From Candidatus Scalindua sp. (GTDB taxonomy: Bacteria; Planctomycetota; Brocadiia; Brocadiales; Scalinduaceae), in contig JALDRA010000001.1 in the NCBI GenBank assembly GCA_031316235.1, forward strand, positions 1,860,001-1,892,000: 32,000 nucleotides of DNA, written 5' to 3'. How positions within the stretch are numbered: the first letter of the stretch is position 1; each line of letters opens with the position of its first letter. Positions 15,801 through 24,152 of this stretch are shown here, piece by piece. The position numbers were made by a program, and so were the translations under genes. Below the pieces are notes generated by a model. It ran no database searches. It had not been told where the DNA came from and saw only the letters and a program-made list of their open reading frames with translations.

Positions 15801-17780
15801 CAGTTCCGGGTTAAGACTTGTGGTTATGAGGCCGCTGAGAAATAGAGGACCTCTGATCTGGCAGGAGTCACCACGTACTGCACCGAGCACAACTGTAGGA
15901 CGCGAATCCTCATCTTCTCCAGCTTTAAACTCGCCACGCTTCAGCACAGACTTAAACCAAGCTGACAGGTCTAGTCCACCTTTGAAGTGGCTGTAGCGTA
16001 TGTCTAGCGCTACGCAGTAACGATGATTCTTAAAACGGTCGCTTACAAGAATTTTATTCTTATCATCAACTAAGTTTTCGTCATATAAAGGAGTGAGGCG
16101 TGTTCCGTTAAAATGGGTGCGCCCACAAACCTGAGCACTTCGCATGGCGATGGAGCCATAGACATATGATCGTTCGATCCGCAACTCTCCATCAATGCTA
16201 ATACCATCAAGAAAGAGGGCAATGGTTTTATCATAACCGAATTTCACTTTAGAAGGATCTTCGGTTGATGGAAGTCCCCAGAAGCGACACCAATAAAAAA
16301 TGAGATCTCCGCCGATAGCAGCATTTCGGAGAAAAACCTGCCCGAGAAATTCGCATTGAATAAATTTGATGCTCTTCTCCATGATTGCGTCATCCAGATA
16401 CACGTCATCAAGAAACTTAACTCCCTCCAATACAATTGGGTAAAAAATGGTTTGACCTCGGTAGTTGAAAATACCTTCATACTGCCTAGGACGAACAGCT
16501 AGATACCGCTCACGGCTAAGCCACTCGGCATCATACTTTATCGGTTCGTAATCAACTTTGGAAAGTGCAGGAATTGGAGGGACAAGAGCCTCTTTCAGGA
16601 AATCAGACACAAATTCTTTAGCAAATTCTTCAAGTACCAGAGTCAGACCAAAGTCGAGACTAAGCTTGTCGTTGAACCCCCATTTTCCGATAGGTAAAGG
16701 ATAGGTGTAAGACTTTAGGGGTTTATCATACAGCATTTCTACGAAGCCGCCTTGATTGATCTTCATAAATGCAGAGTAGAAATTCCATCCATACTGAATG
16801 AGTACAACATAACACTCATAACGTGCTTTTGTATCCTCCTTGACCTTCTTACCATTGTCTTTGTCATTTGGTTTGCTAACTGTGTTATTAGCCTGGCCAA
16901 GAAGATCCTTTATGTTCTTAGAGTTTTCAGGTTTCTCAGATTCCTGTTCACTGCCATTGCCGCATACAAGTTGAGTCACATTCTTTATTGTTGGTTTTTG
17001 AATACCCTTACGTATCTCAATAATTTCGCTAAGGGACTCTTTGAGGTTGCCAAATTTAAGAGTCATCCCCCGTCTATCATCGTCGTCCGTTTTTAAATCA
17101 TTTTTTACTCTTTCATTGAGATTCGAGTAGAAGTATTCATGGTTTTCATCCCATTCAACCCACGAGATATCATCAAGTTCTTGAATGATACGGAACGGAC
17201 CATTTTCGCCGGCGACAAAGGTGGTGAAAAAATCTAAATATTCCTCTGCGTGATCAAGAACAATGCCACCCTCTTTTTTATTTACTTCATGGATGGGCGA
17301 GCTTGTACCATTGAGCGCATATACTCTTACTGGTGGTATCGAAGAATTTACCGGTTGGTGTTCTGATGAAACATTCGCCTGTTTAGGATAACGGACAAGG
17401 TAGTAGGCTCGGTAATGGGGTAGATGTTTCGGAGAAGTATCTGAACTGCTATCGTTGTCGGCGTTATTAGTCTCATTAATCTGGATTTCAATAACAATAG
17501 GTGTTAGTTCGCGCGAATCATCATTGTCCGCATTCTTATAGAATCTTGGATTACGCCATCGAATCTTTTCAATCTTCAACTTATCATTGTAAGTTTGCTT
17601 GGAGGTTTTTTTATTAGACGATTGCCACTCTTTAATGAGGTTTGATAAAATCGAACTTTTATTGGAAATTTCTTTCAAGCCCTTTTTAACTCGATCGTCT
17701 GGAATTCCTGGATTATACTCTTCCCATTTACTCTCTTCGTTGTCTCGATTTTTTCCGTACATGCTTTCCCCCTTTGACAA
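12834..17780 (-). CDS. Giant (1,648 aa) hypothetical protein: charged N-terminal region, degenerate beta-solenoid-like repeats, C-terminal membrane module
   Basis: Uninterrupted 4,947-nt ORF with SD aaggggga and a candidate promoter upstream. Many repeat units such as IGGDLIFYWCRF, IDGELRIERSYVYGSIAMRSAQVCGRTHFNG, IGGNISFHLAKVTGNLDLRGIWVEND, VNGDVRIENSIIDGEVNFSGMTASGTLSIRD, VGGKLDFTGSKFSQLSI. Hydrophobic segments IRYYIYGLLFGWSTGFGIGTIRLFGFALLLLFTSFFLV and SFVALLLSILGWIIWSFIVLSMTGY sit at the C-terminus. No N-terminal signal peptide. Confidence 0.8.
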   Translation of the reverse strand: MSKGESMYGKNRDNEESKWEEYNPGIPDDRVKKGLKEISNKSSILSNLIKEWQSSNKKTSKQTYNDKLKIEKIRWRNPRFYKNADNDDSRELTPIVIEIQINETNNADNDSSSDTSPKHLPHYRAYYLVRYPKQANVSSEHQPVNSSIPPVRVYALNGTSSPIHEVNKKEGGIVLDHAEEYLDFFTTFVAGENGPFRIIQELDDISWVEWDENHEYFYSNLNERVKNDLKTDDDDRRGMTLKFGNLKESLSEIIEIRKGIQKPTIKNVTQLVCGNGSEQESEKPENSKNIKDLLGQANNTVSKPNDKDNGKKVKEDTKARYECYVVLIQYGWNFYSAFMKINQGGFVEMLYDKPLKSYTYPLPIGKWGFNDKLSLDFGLTLVLEEFAKEFVSDFLKEALVPPIPALSKVDYEPIKYDAEWLSRERYLAVRPRQYEGIFNYRGQTIFYPIVLEGVKFLDDVYLDDAIMEKSIKFIQCEFLGQVFLRNAAIGGDLIFYWCRFWGLPSTEDPSKVKFGYDKTIALFLDGISIDGELRIERSYVYGSIAMRSAQVCGRTHFNGTRLTPLYDENLVDDKNKILVSDRFKNHRYCVALDIRYSHFKGGLDLSAWFKSVLKRGEFKAGEDEDSRPTVVLGAVRGDSCQIRGPLFLSGLITTSLNPELFKTDSEVLFQDVTFDNARIEGGVVLWAQGDRPTEPFYHMRTFIGGNISFHLAKVTGNLDLRGIWVENDISCKLLESSGDIMLQNYLQVTMDYWTDAFQKCWHNKLNGKLWLNLPLVTLVESKQPGKTQVQFRFAQFGRTHVMGSVILNEARVRGKVYLNGAYIGGNARFEAGEYGAICCTPTISPSMAEKVRDYWCPDESCENLVSNDNDEKPEFANYIIRNKATIKRDSLLRENQEDTKILSKKQTPQGLLLQRTKASKLIIRDSVIKACIDLTGLWLDDKCEGTETNRKPNAFEIYGELRKWAKELWYKKKPFEDELLRLESEREQRITIENTNIKGSLLLFNQDYLREFADGIDVYSNNLEMYCYKKLLNKKKISREEIELFLQEQIDDWAETIWVNGDVRIENSIIDGEVNFSGMTASGTLSIRDIDTNSDVVCYSCTSEAPESERKHDLFAFARKIDFEMLRCGGDLKLTGLTTPGDVSGQNMLIKGHTELLRKPDDINKIDTSIVITLDSVSNWGVLLRLYRDISSFTKKEGFLRKKIKFCYLLYYFIFNYPIKDLFSPFKGIAAVWVEAKSICRLLIMILRYAEDLTKLRYDEALTNRRATSKTIDCEELREDIVTALNAFKDNLLLYKDEVVDKGINISPKVQEELNKCKDILDDSGKLKKSVDSLSNSEKENILMLNIAILKVLFPQNLKRNNIRRLFFVGGKLDFTGSKFSQLSIATNNANSEERVWILERADIQHLDIWIPKGEYNSKESIMPARIDFRGVNFTRITVDNDEHEHSSLEKILKQTEPFTMEPYASVEKLLRMQGRKGEANNIYISMQNRWLNKVYRRKKGPIRYYIYGLLFGWSTGFGIGTIRLFGFALLLLFTSFFLVSSQLSNWEDIKDEPIQHISIFQSLTKAIEISIPIVQIAGMQNYDDQRLRNQPPTKTGLSISQEIGNEKAILSWPISLPPSFVALLLSILGWIIWSFIVLSMTGYLKRE

Positions 17781-17838
17781 TGCAACTTGTCAACATCTAA
17801 ATTCGAGATATAGTTTTTTGGATGGTGCAGAAACTGGG

Positions 17839-17867
17839 ATAATAAAGCTACAGATTTTCGAAGTCAA
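17839..17867 (-). promoter_or_regulatory. Candidate sigma70-type promoter of the giant ORF
   Basis: Minus strand reads TTGACT - 17 nt - TATTAT. The -35 is the reverse complement of 17862-17867 and the -10 of 17839-17844. It lies about 60 nt upstream of the ATG at 17780. Confidence 0.45.
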
Positions 17868-17893
17868 GGGAAAAGAGAGTGAATATATTATTA

Positions 17894-18013
17894 GTGGTTG
17901 ACCAACTGCCCAGATACAAGGCGCGTAAAAAATCCGGAACCGGAGCGTATTCAAGTACGTGAGGATTGCGGAATTTTTACAGCAACAATGGAGGTGGGTA
18001 GTTGGTCAGCCAC
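17894..18013. repeat. 18-nt imperfect inverted repeats enclosing 84 nt, abutting the lpd stop codon
   Basis: gtggttgaccaactgccc (17894-17911) versus gggtagttggtcagccac (17996-18013): 16 Watson-Crick pairs. The other two positions are G-U wobbles if transcribed from the + strand and A-C mismatches from the - strand. Confidence 0.8.
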
Positions 18014-19266
18014 TATTTGAGTGCTTCAATGAACAACTCACTAAACGTCGGATGCGGGAATATCACCTCTTTCAAGTCTTCCAGTCCCATCTTTTTCTGT
18101 ATCATCGTAACGGCGGTTGCAATTAAGTCGGTTGCATTTTCACCAATAATGTGCGCACCCTTTATCCGCCTGCTTTTTTTGTCAACCACTATCTTTATAA
18201 ACCCATATAATTTATCAGCACATCTGGCTTTGGCATTTGCTGCATAATCAGCCTTATATACGTCATGCTCTTCCGTCTCTGACACTCCAACTGACGCAAT
18301 CTCCGGCAGCGTGTAGATACAATTTGGGATGCAGTCGTAAACCATTGTCCTCTCTCCCCCCATGATATTATGTGCGGCAACGACACCCTGCATAGTTGCC
18401 ACGTGGGCCAATTGATTCTTTCCTGTCACATCGCCGACAGCATAAATGGTATCAACCTCCGTCTGCATCTTTCCATTTACCTTACCATAATCTATCCCGC
18501 TCAATTCCGGCAGATATGGTTTCCTTCCGACAGAAACAAGGATTTTGTCAAAGTGGACCTCTTGACCATCAACAGTGATTTCATGGTTAAACTGCACCTT
18601 CTTTCCCGCTAGTATGGTAACACCTTTTCGTTTTACAATCCTCTCAATTTCAGAAGAAAGATCTCTGTCCAGGTCAGGAAGTATCCTGTTCTTCGCCTCG
18701 ATTATGGTAACACGGCTGCCAAGGATTTGGAAAATCATCGCAAATTCAAGTCCTATTACGCCGCCTCCTATGATAACTAATCTTTCCGGAACAGAGTTCA
18801 GTTCGAGAATTTCCCTGCTTGTCATAATGTTGTCTCCTGAAGCAATTCTGATTGGCTCACTTCCGGTTGCAACGACAATGTTCCTCGCCTCAATCTCCTG
18901 ACTGCCTACCCGAACCTTGTTTTGAGAAACGATGCAGGCTTCCCCCTGGAGAAAATCTATCCCCTTATTTTTTATGTTTAATTCAATTCCTCTGACGAGT
19001 GCATGAACAATACTGTTTTTCCTTTTTATAATCTTCTCGAAATTGATTGTAAAGGATGCATCAATCCCCTTTCTCGAGCTGTGCACAAGGTCTTCAATGA
19101 GGGCTGCTGAACTGATTAAGGCCTTTGTAGGGATACAACCGTAGTTTGTACAAGCACCTCCTACCCTCTCTTTTTCAATGATGACCGCTCTACCACCCAG
19201 ACCTGATATCTCAGTTGCACACGAATATCCACCCGGACCAGCACCGATTATGACTGCATCATACAT
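18013..19266 (-). CDS. lpd: Dihydrolipoyl dehydrogenase (E3 / glycine-cleavage L protein), short 417-aa form
   Basis: FAD-binding GAGPGG, redox-active disulfide GGACTNYGCIPTK, second dinucleotide fold IIGGGVIGLEFA, C-terminal HPTFSE. Overlaps the upstream lplA-like gene by 8 nt. Confidence 0.85.
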   Translation of the reverse strand: MYDAVIIGAGPGGYSCATEISGLGGRAVIIEKERVGGACTNYGCIPTKALISSAALIEDLVHSSRKGIDASFTINFEKIIKRKNSIVHALVRGIELNIKNKGIDFLQGEACIVSQNKVRVGSQEIEARNIVVATGSEPIRIASGDNIMTSREILELNSVPERLVIIGGGVIGLEFAMIFQILGSRVTIIEAKNRILPDLDRDLSSEIERIVKRKGVTILAGKKVQFNHEITVDGQEVHFDKILVSVGRKPYLPELSGIDYGKVNGKMQTEVDTIYAVGDVTGKNQLAHVATMQGVVAAHNIMGGERTMVYDCIPNCIYTLPEIASVGVSETEEHDVYKADYAANAKARCADKLYGFIKIVVDKKSRRIKGAHIIGENATDLIATAVTMIQKKMGLEDLKEVIFPHPTFSELFIEALK

Positions 19267-20011
19267 GTTGGCATCTCTCTATCCATTCCCTCGATCTATA
19301 TTTTTCCCTTGCTAATACTCGAGCCGCAGAAAGCTCCTTACTGCTTAAATCCCTTTTGTTTAAAGGTGTATCGAAAAATCTGGAAAATCCATCCGTTGTA
19401 GCACTCTTTAAGAGTTCTTCTGAGATATCAATGTAGGCGATCCTCTTACTCAGCTCATGAACTTCTGGTTTTTGTATAAAACAATTTGAGAGTTTTTGTA
19501 TATCGATGCCGGTCAGGATTGAACCATGCTGGAGAAGCCTCCCTCGCACTCTTGTCTGGGCACTACCAACAATCTTCTTCCGGTCAATTACGATTTCATT
19601 GAAGGATGGTTCCTGAAAGCAGACGGGATTCTGTTTGTTCACCATCACCTCTTTGTTCATTTCAGGATCTAAACCTAAAAGCTGTAGTCCGAGAATAATA
19701 GCACTGCTGATAATATTGTATGAATCAACAATAGATCTCGGCATCATGCCTTTGTCAATAATAAAAGTGTAGGTGAGTTCTTTTTCGTGTAAAACAGTCT
19801 TTCCTCCCGTAATTCTCCGGACGATATCAACCTCGTTCTCATTACAGAATTCTCTGTCTATATCAGAAAGATCCTGAAACCTGCCAATCGATACCGCTGC
19901 GGGCTCCCATTGATAAAGCCTGAGAAGGGGGACATTCGATGCAAGCAGAACTTCATCGATTGCCATATTCATATAGGCGTTATCAAAACCTGTATCAATA
20001 CAATCAATCAT
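19259..20011 (-). CDS. lplA: Lipoate-protein ligase / octanoyltransferase family protein
   Basis: MIDCIDTGFDNAYMNMAIDEVLL...LLRLYQWEPAAVSIGRFQ...GGKTVLHEKELTYTF...KIVGSAQTR is typical of the LplA/LipB catalytic domain. Family alignment favours the ATG at 20011. The ORF can extend to a GTG at 20134, adding 41 aa with no family resemblance. Confidence 0.75.
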   Translation of the reverse strand: MIDCIDTGFDNAYMNMAIDEVLLASNVPLLRLYQWEPAAVSIGRFQDLSDIDREFCNENEVDIVRRITGGKTVLHEKELTYTFIIDKGMMPRSIVDSYNIISSAIILGLQLLGLDPEMNKEVMVNKQNPVCFQEPSFNEIVIDRKKIVGSAQTRVRGRLLQHGSILTGIDIQKLSNCFIQKPEVHELSKRIAYIDISEELLKSATTDGFSRFFDTPLNKRDLSSKELSAARVLAREKYRSREWIERCQHV

Positions 20012-20229
20012 TCTTATTTCGGATTGCGGAATTCGGATTGTTATGATCTCTTCCTGTCGTAAGAATTCACCGCAAAGACGCAAAGGGCTCAAAGTTTTAC
20101 TGATTAAGGTGCAGATGTGCTTCGATTTCAGCACCTATGATTTCTTTTTACAATATGTCTTTTTCTTTCATTCTTCTTTATTTTCTTTGCGCTCTTGGCT
20201 TTGTGGTTAATAATTATGCATTGCGTTAG

Positions 20230-21096
20230 TCACCCTGAGCCTTTGAAACGGTGAACGATTTGGCTATCAGCACGGTAACTACTTCTCACAAGAGGTCCGG
20301 AAATAACATGGGTAAAACCCATTTTTAACGCTTCGACTCTCATTTTGTCAAACTCATCATTTGTGTAAAATTTTTTGACTTCAGACAAATCCCTTCTCGG
20401 CCGGAGATACTGACCAATAGTAATAATATCGACACCCGCATTTCTTAAGTCATGTAGTGTTTCCACTATTTGATCTTTTGTTTCACCAAGCCCTACGATC
20501 AGTCCTGATTTAATGATTGGAATCCATCTTTTTGCCTGTTGTAATACCCTTAAAGAGCGTTCGTAACTCCCGTCTGGTCTTACCTGCGGAAAAAGTTTTC
20601 GTACTACCTCAATGTTGTGATTGAATATATAAGGAGATGAGTCAAGAACCTTTTTTAAAAATTCTCGCTGCCCCTGAAAGTCTGGTGTCAGGATCTCTAT
20701 TCTGCATTCAGGTCTTCGTTTTCTGATCTCGACCACTGTCTCATAAAATCGCCCTGCACCAAGGTCAGGAAGATCATCTCTCGTTACGGACGTTATAACC
20801 ACATAGTTTAAATTAAGACTTTGAACAACCTTCGATATTTTTTGAGGTTCATCGCCATCCAACTCTCCCGGGGTACCGGCAGGAACATTACAGTAAAGGC
20901 ACCGCCTGGTACATGTGCCTCCCATAATCAGAAATGTGGCAACACCCCTTCCATAGCATTCGGCTATATTGGGACACTTTGCCTCCTCACATACCGTCTT
21001 TACCTTATACTTATGTAATAGAGATCTTATGTAGCGGTAATTTTCTCCGGATGGTATTCGGACTTTAAGCCAATCAGGAAAATTTCTACGCCTCAT
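20230..21096 (-). CDS. lipA: Lipoyl synthase (radical SAM)
   Basis: Auxiliary cluster motif CEEAKCPNIAEC and radical-SAM motif CTRRCLYCNV. 288 aa. The start overlaps the gcvPB stop by 11 nt. Confidence 0.92.
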   Translation of the reverse strand: MRRRNFPDWLKVRIPSGENYRYIRSLLHKYKVKTVCEEAKCPNIAECYGRGVATFLIMGGTCTRRCLYCNVPAGTPGELDGDEPQKISKVVQSLNLNYVVITSVTRDDLPDLGAGRFYETVVEIRKRRPECRIEILTPDFQGQREFLKKVLDSSPYIFNHNIEVVRKLFPQVRPDGSYERSLRVLQQAKRWIPIIKSGLIVGLGETKDQIVETLHDLRNAGVDIITIGQYLRPRRDLSEVKKFYTNDEFDKMRVEALKMGFTHVISGPLVRSSYRADSQIVHRFKGSG

Positions 21097-22507
21097 CCGT
21101 ACACCATTTCAAGTTTGGTTTCCGAGCCGCACGGACAGTATCGAGCCTTCCAATCGGTCCATGTAAAGGTGCATTCTTCAGTTTCTGTGGATCGTCTCCA
21201 GCCTCCTCCTTAATTACCCTCATTGCATCTATGAAGGCATCTAAATTCTCTTTTGTCTCGGTTTCAGTAGGTTCAATCATCATGGCTCCTTTAACAATTA
21301 AAGGAAAGTAGATGGTTGGGGGGTGAAAACCGAAATCAATAAGCCGCTTGGCGATATCATTTGTTGTCACGTTGTTCGGCATCAGGCTATCGTCGATTAC
21401 AAATTCATGCTGGCAGACCCGATCATATTGCAAATGGTAATGCTTCTTGAGTTTTTCCTTCATGTAATTGGCATTTAAGACTGCATTTTCTGCAACGTTC
21501 CTCAGGCCAGCAGGTCCGATAGACCGTATGTAAGAGTACGCCCTGAGAAGAATACTGAAATTCCCGTAAAAGGAGTGCACTCTTCCGATAGATTCCTCCG
21601 AATCCTCGAACTCCAGTTTCTGATTTACTCTTGGATTCGGCAGAAATCTTTCCAGCTCTTTTATAACGCCAACAGGACCGGCTCCCGGCCCACCACCTCC
21701 ATGGGGAGTGGAAAATGTCTTGTGGAGATTAAGATGCATGAGGTCAATGCCGAAATCCCTTGGTTTAACAATTCCAAGCATTGGATTCATATTGGCGCCA
21801 TCAAGATAGCAGAGCCCGCCGTGATCATGAATGATCTTTGTGATTTCTAAAATATTTTCATCAAATATTCCCAAGGTGTTTGGGTTTGTTATCATGATGC
21901 CGACTACATGGCTATCCATTTTTTGGCGCAGGTCAACCAGGTCAATTCCACCTGATGAACTTGATTGCACTTGCACAGGTTGATAACCGCACAGAGAAAC
22001 AGAGGCGGGGTTTGTTCCGTGGGCGGAATCCGGAATAATGACAGTTGTACGCTCCTCTCCTCTCTTCTCAAAATAAGCCTTCATTATCATGATTCCCGTC
22101 AATTCACCATGAGCGCCTGCAGCGGGTTGCGTCGAAAAGGAATCCATTCCCGTAATCTCACAAAGATACTTCTCTAATTCATAGATGATTTCAAGCGGAA
22201 CTTTGTTATTTCTTGATAAGGGGTGTATGATAAATTCCGGACGATTTGCAACTACCTCATTTATTTTGGGATTATATTTCATCGTGCAGCTTCCCAAAGG
22301 GTAGAAACCATTGTCAACGCCGAAGTTAGATCTACCAAGATTCGTGTAATGTCTCACAATTTCAACTTCAGGAAGCTCCGGAATAGTAAGGTCCGTTCTC
22401 TGCAAATCTTCTGGAATATTACTCTTTATGTCTAACTCCCTGACATGGAAAGAGCTACTCCCTGTTTTCGTTTTTTCATTGAGTAATTTCATGAATAACC
22501 CTATCAA
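21086..22507 (-). CDS. gcvPB: Glycine dehydrogenase (decarboxylating) subunit 2
   Basis: LPEVEIVRHYTNLGRSNFGVDNGFYPLGSCTMKYNP and the PLP-lysine context HLNLHKTFSTPHGGGGPG are typical of split P-protein subunit 2. The start may be the internal ATG at 22492; either start overlaps the gcvPA 3' end. Confidence 0.9.
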   Translation of the reverse strand: MIGLFMKLLNEKTKTGSSSFHVRELDIKSNIPEDLQRTDLTIPELPEVEIVRHYTNLGRSNFGVDNGFYPLGSCTMKYNPKINEVVANRPEFIIHPLSRNNKVPLEIIYELEKYLCEITGMDSFSTQPAAGAHGELTGIMIMKAYFEKRGEERTTVIIPDSAHGTNPASVSLCGYQPVQVQSSSSGGIDLVDLRQKMDSHVVGIMITNPNTLGIFDENILEITKIIHDHGGLCYLDGANMNPMLGIVKPRDFGIDLMHLNLHKTFSTPHGGGGPGAGPVGVIKELERFLPNPRVNQKLEFEDSEESIGRVHSFYGNFSILLRAYSYIRSIGPAGLRNVAENAVLNANYMKEKLKKHYHLQYDRVCQHEFVIDDSLMPNNVTTNDIAKRLIDFGFHPPTIYFPLIVKGAMMIEPTETETKENLDAFIDAMRVIKEEAGDDPQKLKNAPLHGPIGRLDTVRAARKPNLKWCTDEA

Positions 22508-23765
22508 TAACCTCTTTCGGTGTCATTTCAGTACAGCAGACAAGATAACAGTCCCTGAGATCAGGGTAATATTTTTCTAAATTAATACCAATCTCCATAT
22601 TGGTCAATTTTGCCAGAATAGCCTTGTTGATTCTCACCACAAATTCGTTGAAAAAAGGAGTATTGAATACCAGCTCGATACCTTCAATTTGTTGTAACTT
22701 ATGTGAAAAATAGACCGCTAATTGATTATTGAGCCTGGCTAGTTTACCTATATTTCCCCCATAGGTAACAAGATAGACAGCGGCGGCCAGCGCGCACAAC
22801 CCCTGGTTTGTGCAGATGTTACTTGTCGCTTTTTCTCTCCTTATATGCTGCTCTCTTGTGCAGAGAGTCAGAGCGAAACCTCTTGTACCGTGGATGTCTA
22901 CGGTTTTGCCCACGAGTCTCCCCGGCATCTGTCTGACATACCCTTTTTTTGTTGCAAAGATACCCAGCCCCGGACCACCGAAATTCATTGGATTTCCAAA
23001 AGATTGTCCCTCTGCGGTTACGATGTCAACATCACTGTTTGCGAAAGGCTGCAGTATAGCCCAACTCAGGGGTTCAGTAGTTGAAGTAATGAGCAATATA
23101 TCTCTGGCTCTTTCTCTGATTGCATTGAGGTCTTCTATCAAACCAAAAAAATTTGGATTCTGAATTAATATTGCAGATGAGCCCTCTGTATCAAAGTCAG
23201 AGGTTAAACCATTCTGACAATCAACTTCTCTCAACTCTAAATCACCTGCATTTGCATAAGTTTTCAGGACTTCTCGATAAAAAGGGTTAATTGTCTTTGA
23301 AACGAGAACCCGCTTTTTCCCCTTTATCTTTGTTGCAACGATCATTGCCTCGGCAAGACTGGTAGCTCCATCGTACAACGAAGCATTCGAAACATCCATA
23401 CCCGTTATTTCACATATCATACTTTGATATTCATAGATCGCCTGAAGTGTCCCCTGGCTAATTTCTGGCTGATACGGAGTGTACGCTGTACTGAACTCGC
23501 CTCTTGAGGTTATTGCTTTTACTGTAGAGGGAATATAGTGATTATAATTGCCTCCCCCCAGGAAAGACAGCAGCTGTTTATTTTTTTGTGATATTTTATT
23601 TAATTCTCCCAACAATTCAAATTCTGAGAATGGGCCTGGTGTTTCTAACGGTTTTGATAAGACAAGTTTTTTGGGAATGTCGTGGAAGAGATCCATAACG
23701 TCTTTAACACCGATTTCCCGCAACATTGATTCTCTCTCTCTATCAGTATTTGCCGTGTAGTCCAT
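22476..23765 (-). CDS. gcvPA: Glycine dehydrogenase (decarboxylating) subunit 1
   Basis: FLGGGNYNHYIPSTV, FSTAYTPYQPEISQGTLQAIYEYQSMICEITGMDVSNASLYDGATSLAEA are typical of split P-protein subunit 1. The ATG directly abuts the gcvH stop. Confidence 0.9.
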   Translation of the reverse strand: MDYTANTDRERESMLREIGVKDVMDLFHDIPKKLVLSKPLETPGPFSEFELLGELNKISQKNKQLLSFLGGGNYNHYIPSTVKAITSRGEFSTAYTPYQPEISQGTLQAIYEYQSMICEITGMDVSNASLYDGATSLAEAMIVATKIKGKKRVLVSKTINPFYREVLKTYANAGDLELREVDCQNGLTSDFDTEGSSAILIQNPNFFGLIEDLNAIRERARDILLITSTTEPLSWAILQPFANSDVDIVTAEGQSFGNPMNFGGPGLGIFATKKGYVRQMPGRLVGKTVDIHGTRGFALTLCTREQHIRREKATSNICTNQGLCALAAAVYLVTYGGNIGKLARLNNQLAVYFSHKLQQIEGIELVFNTPFFNEFVVRINKAILAKLTNMEIGINLEKYYPDLRDCYLVCCTEMTPKEVIDRVIHEITQ

Positions 23766-24152
23766 TTATTCTTTCTCAGTAACAAATGTCTCATATTCCG
23801 CTTCTGTCAGCAGATTATCGAGCTCATTTTTGTCTTTAATTTTTAATTTAACAATCCAGCCACCTTTAAATGGTTCCTTATTTACCAGCTCCGGCTCATT
23901 TTCAAGACGTCCATTTACCTCAACTATTTCACCACCGATGGGGCTTAAAACGTCACTCACAGATTTTACACTTTCAACAACACAAAGGTTTCCATCCTGC
24001 TCAACCTGCTTGCCAATTTCAGGTAATTCTACAAACACGATATCTGTAAGTTTCTCCTGTGCATAATCAGTAATTCCAACAATTGCGACATCACCTTCAA
24101 TTTTTATCCATTCGTGATCCTTACTGTATTTAAGCCCTATTGGGATTTCCAC
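23766..24152 (-). CDS. gcvH: Glycine cleavage system H protein
   Basis: LKYSKDHEWIK...GITDYAQ and the lipoyl-lysine motif VESVKSVSDV. Probable start is GTG at 24152 (gaggag SD 6 nt upstream; product begins MEIPIGLKYS). The ORF can extend to a GTG at 24203. Confidence 0.9.
   Translation of the reverse strand: MEIPIGLKYSKDHEWIKIEGDVAIVGITDYAQEKLTDIVFVELPEIGKQVEQDGNLCVVESVKSVSDVLSPIGGEIVEVNGRLENEPELVNKEPFKGGWIVKLKIKDKNELDNLLTEAEYETFVTEKE

Noticed and set aside
13402-17096. Several 64-125-aa + strand ORFs inside the giant gene (e.g. 13756-14133, 16752-17096)
   Set aside because: They are antisense to a continuous 4.9-kb ORF. Low-GC DNA readily yields such shadow ORFs, and none has an SD or motif.
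20018-20040. 9-nt direct repeat ttcggattg x2 (14-bp period) just upstream of the probable lplA start
   Set aside because: It is short enough to arise by chance. It may lie inside coding sequence if the longer GTG-20134 start is used. There is no further support, so it is noted only as a caveat on start-site choice.
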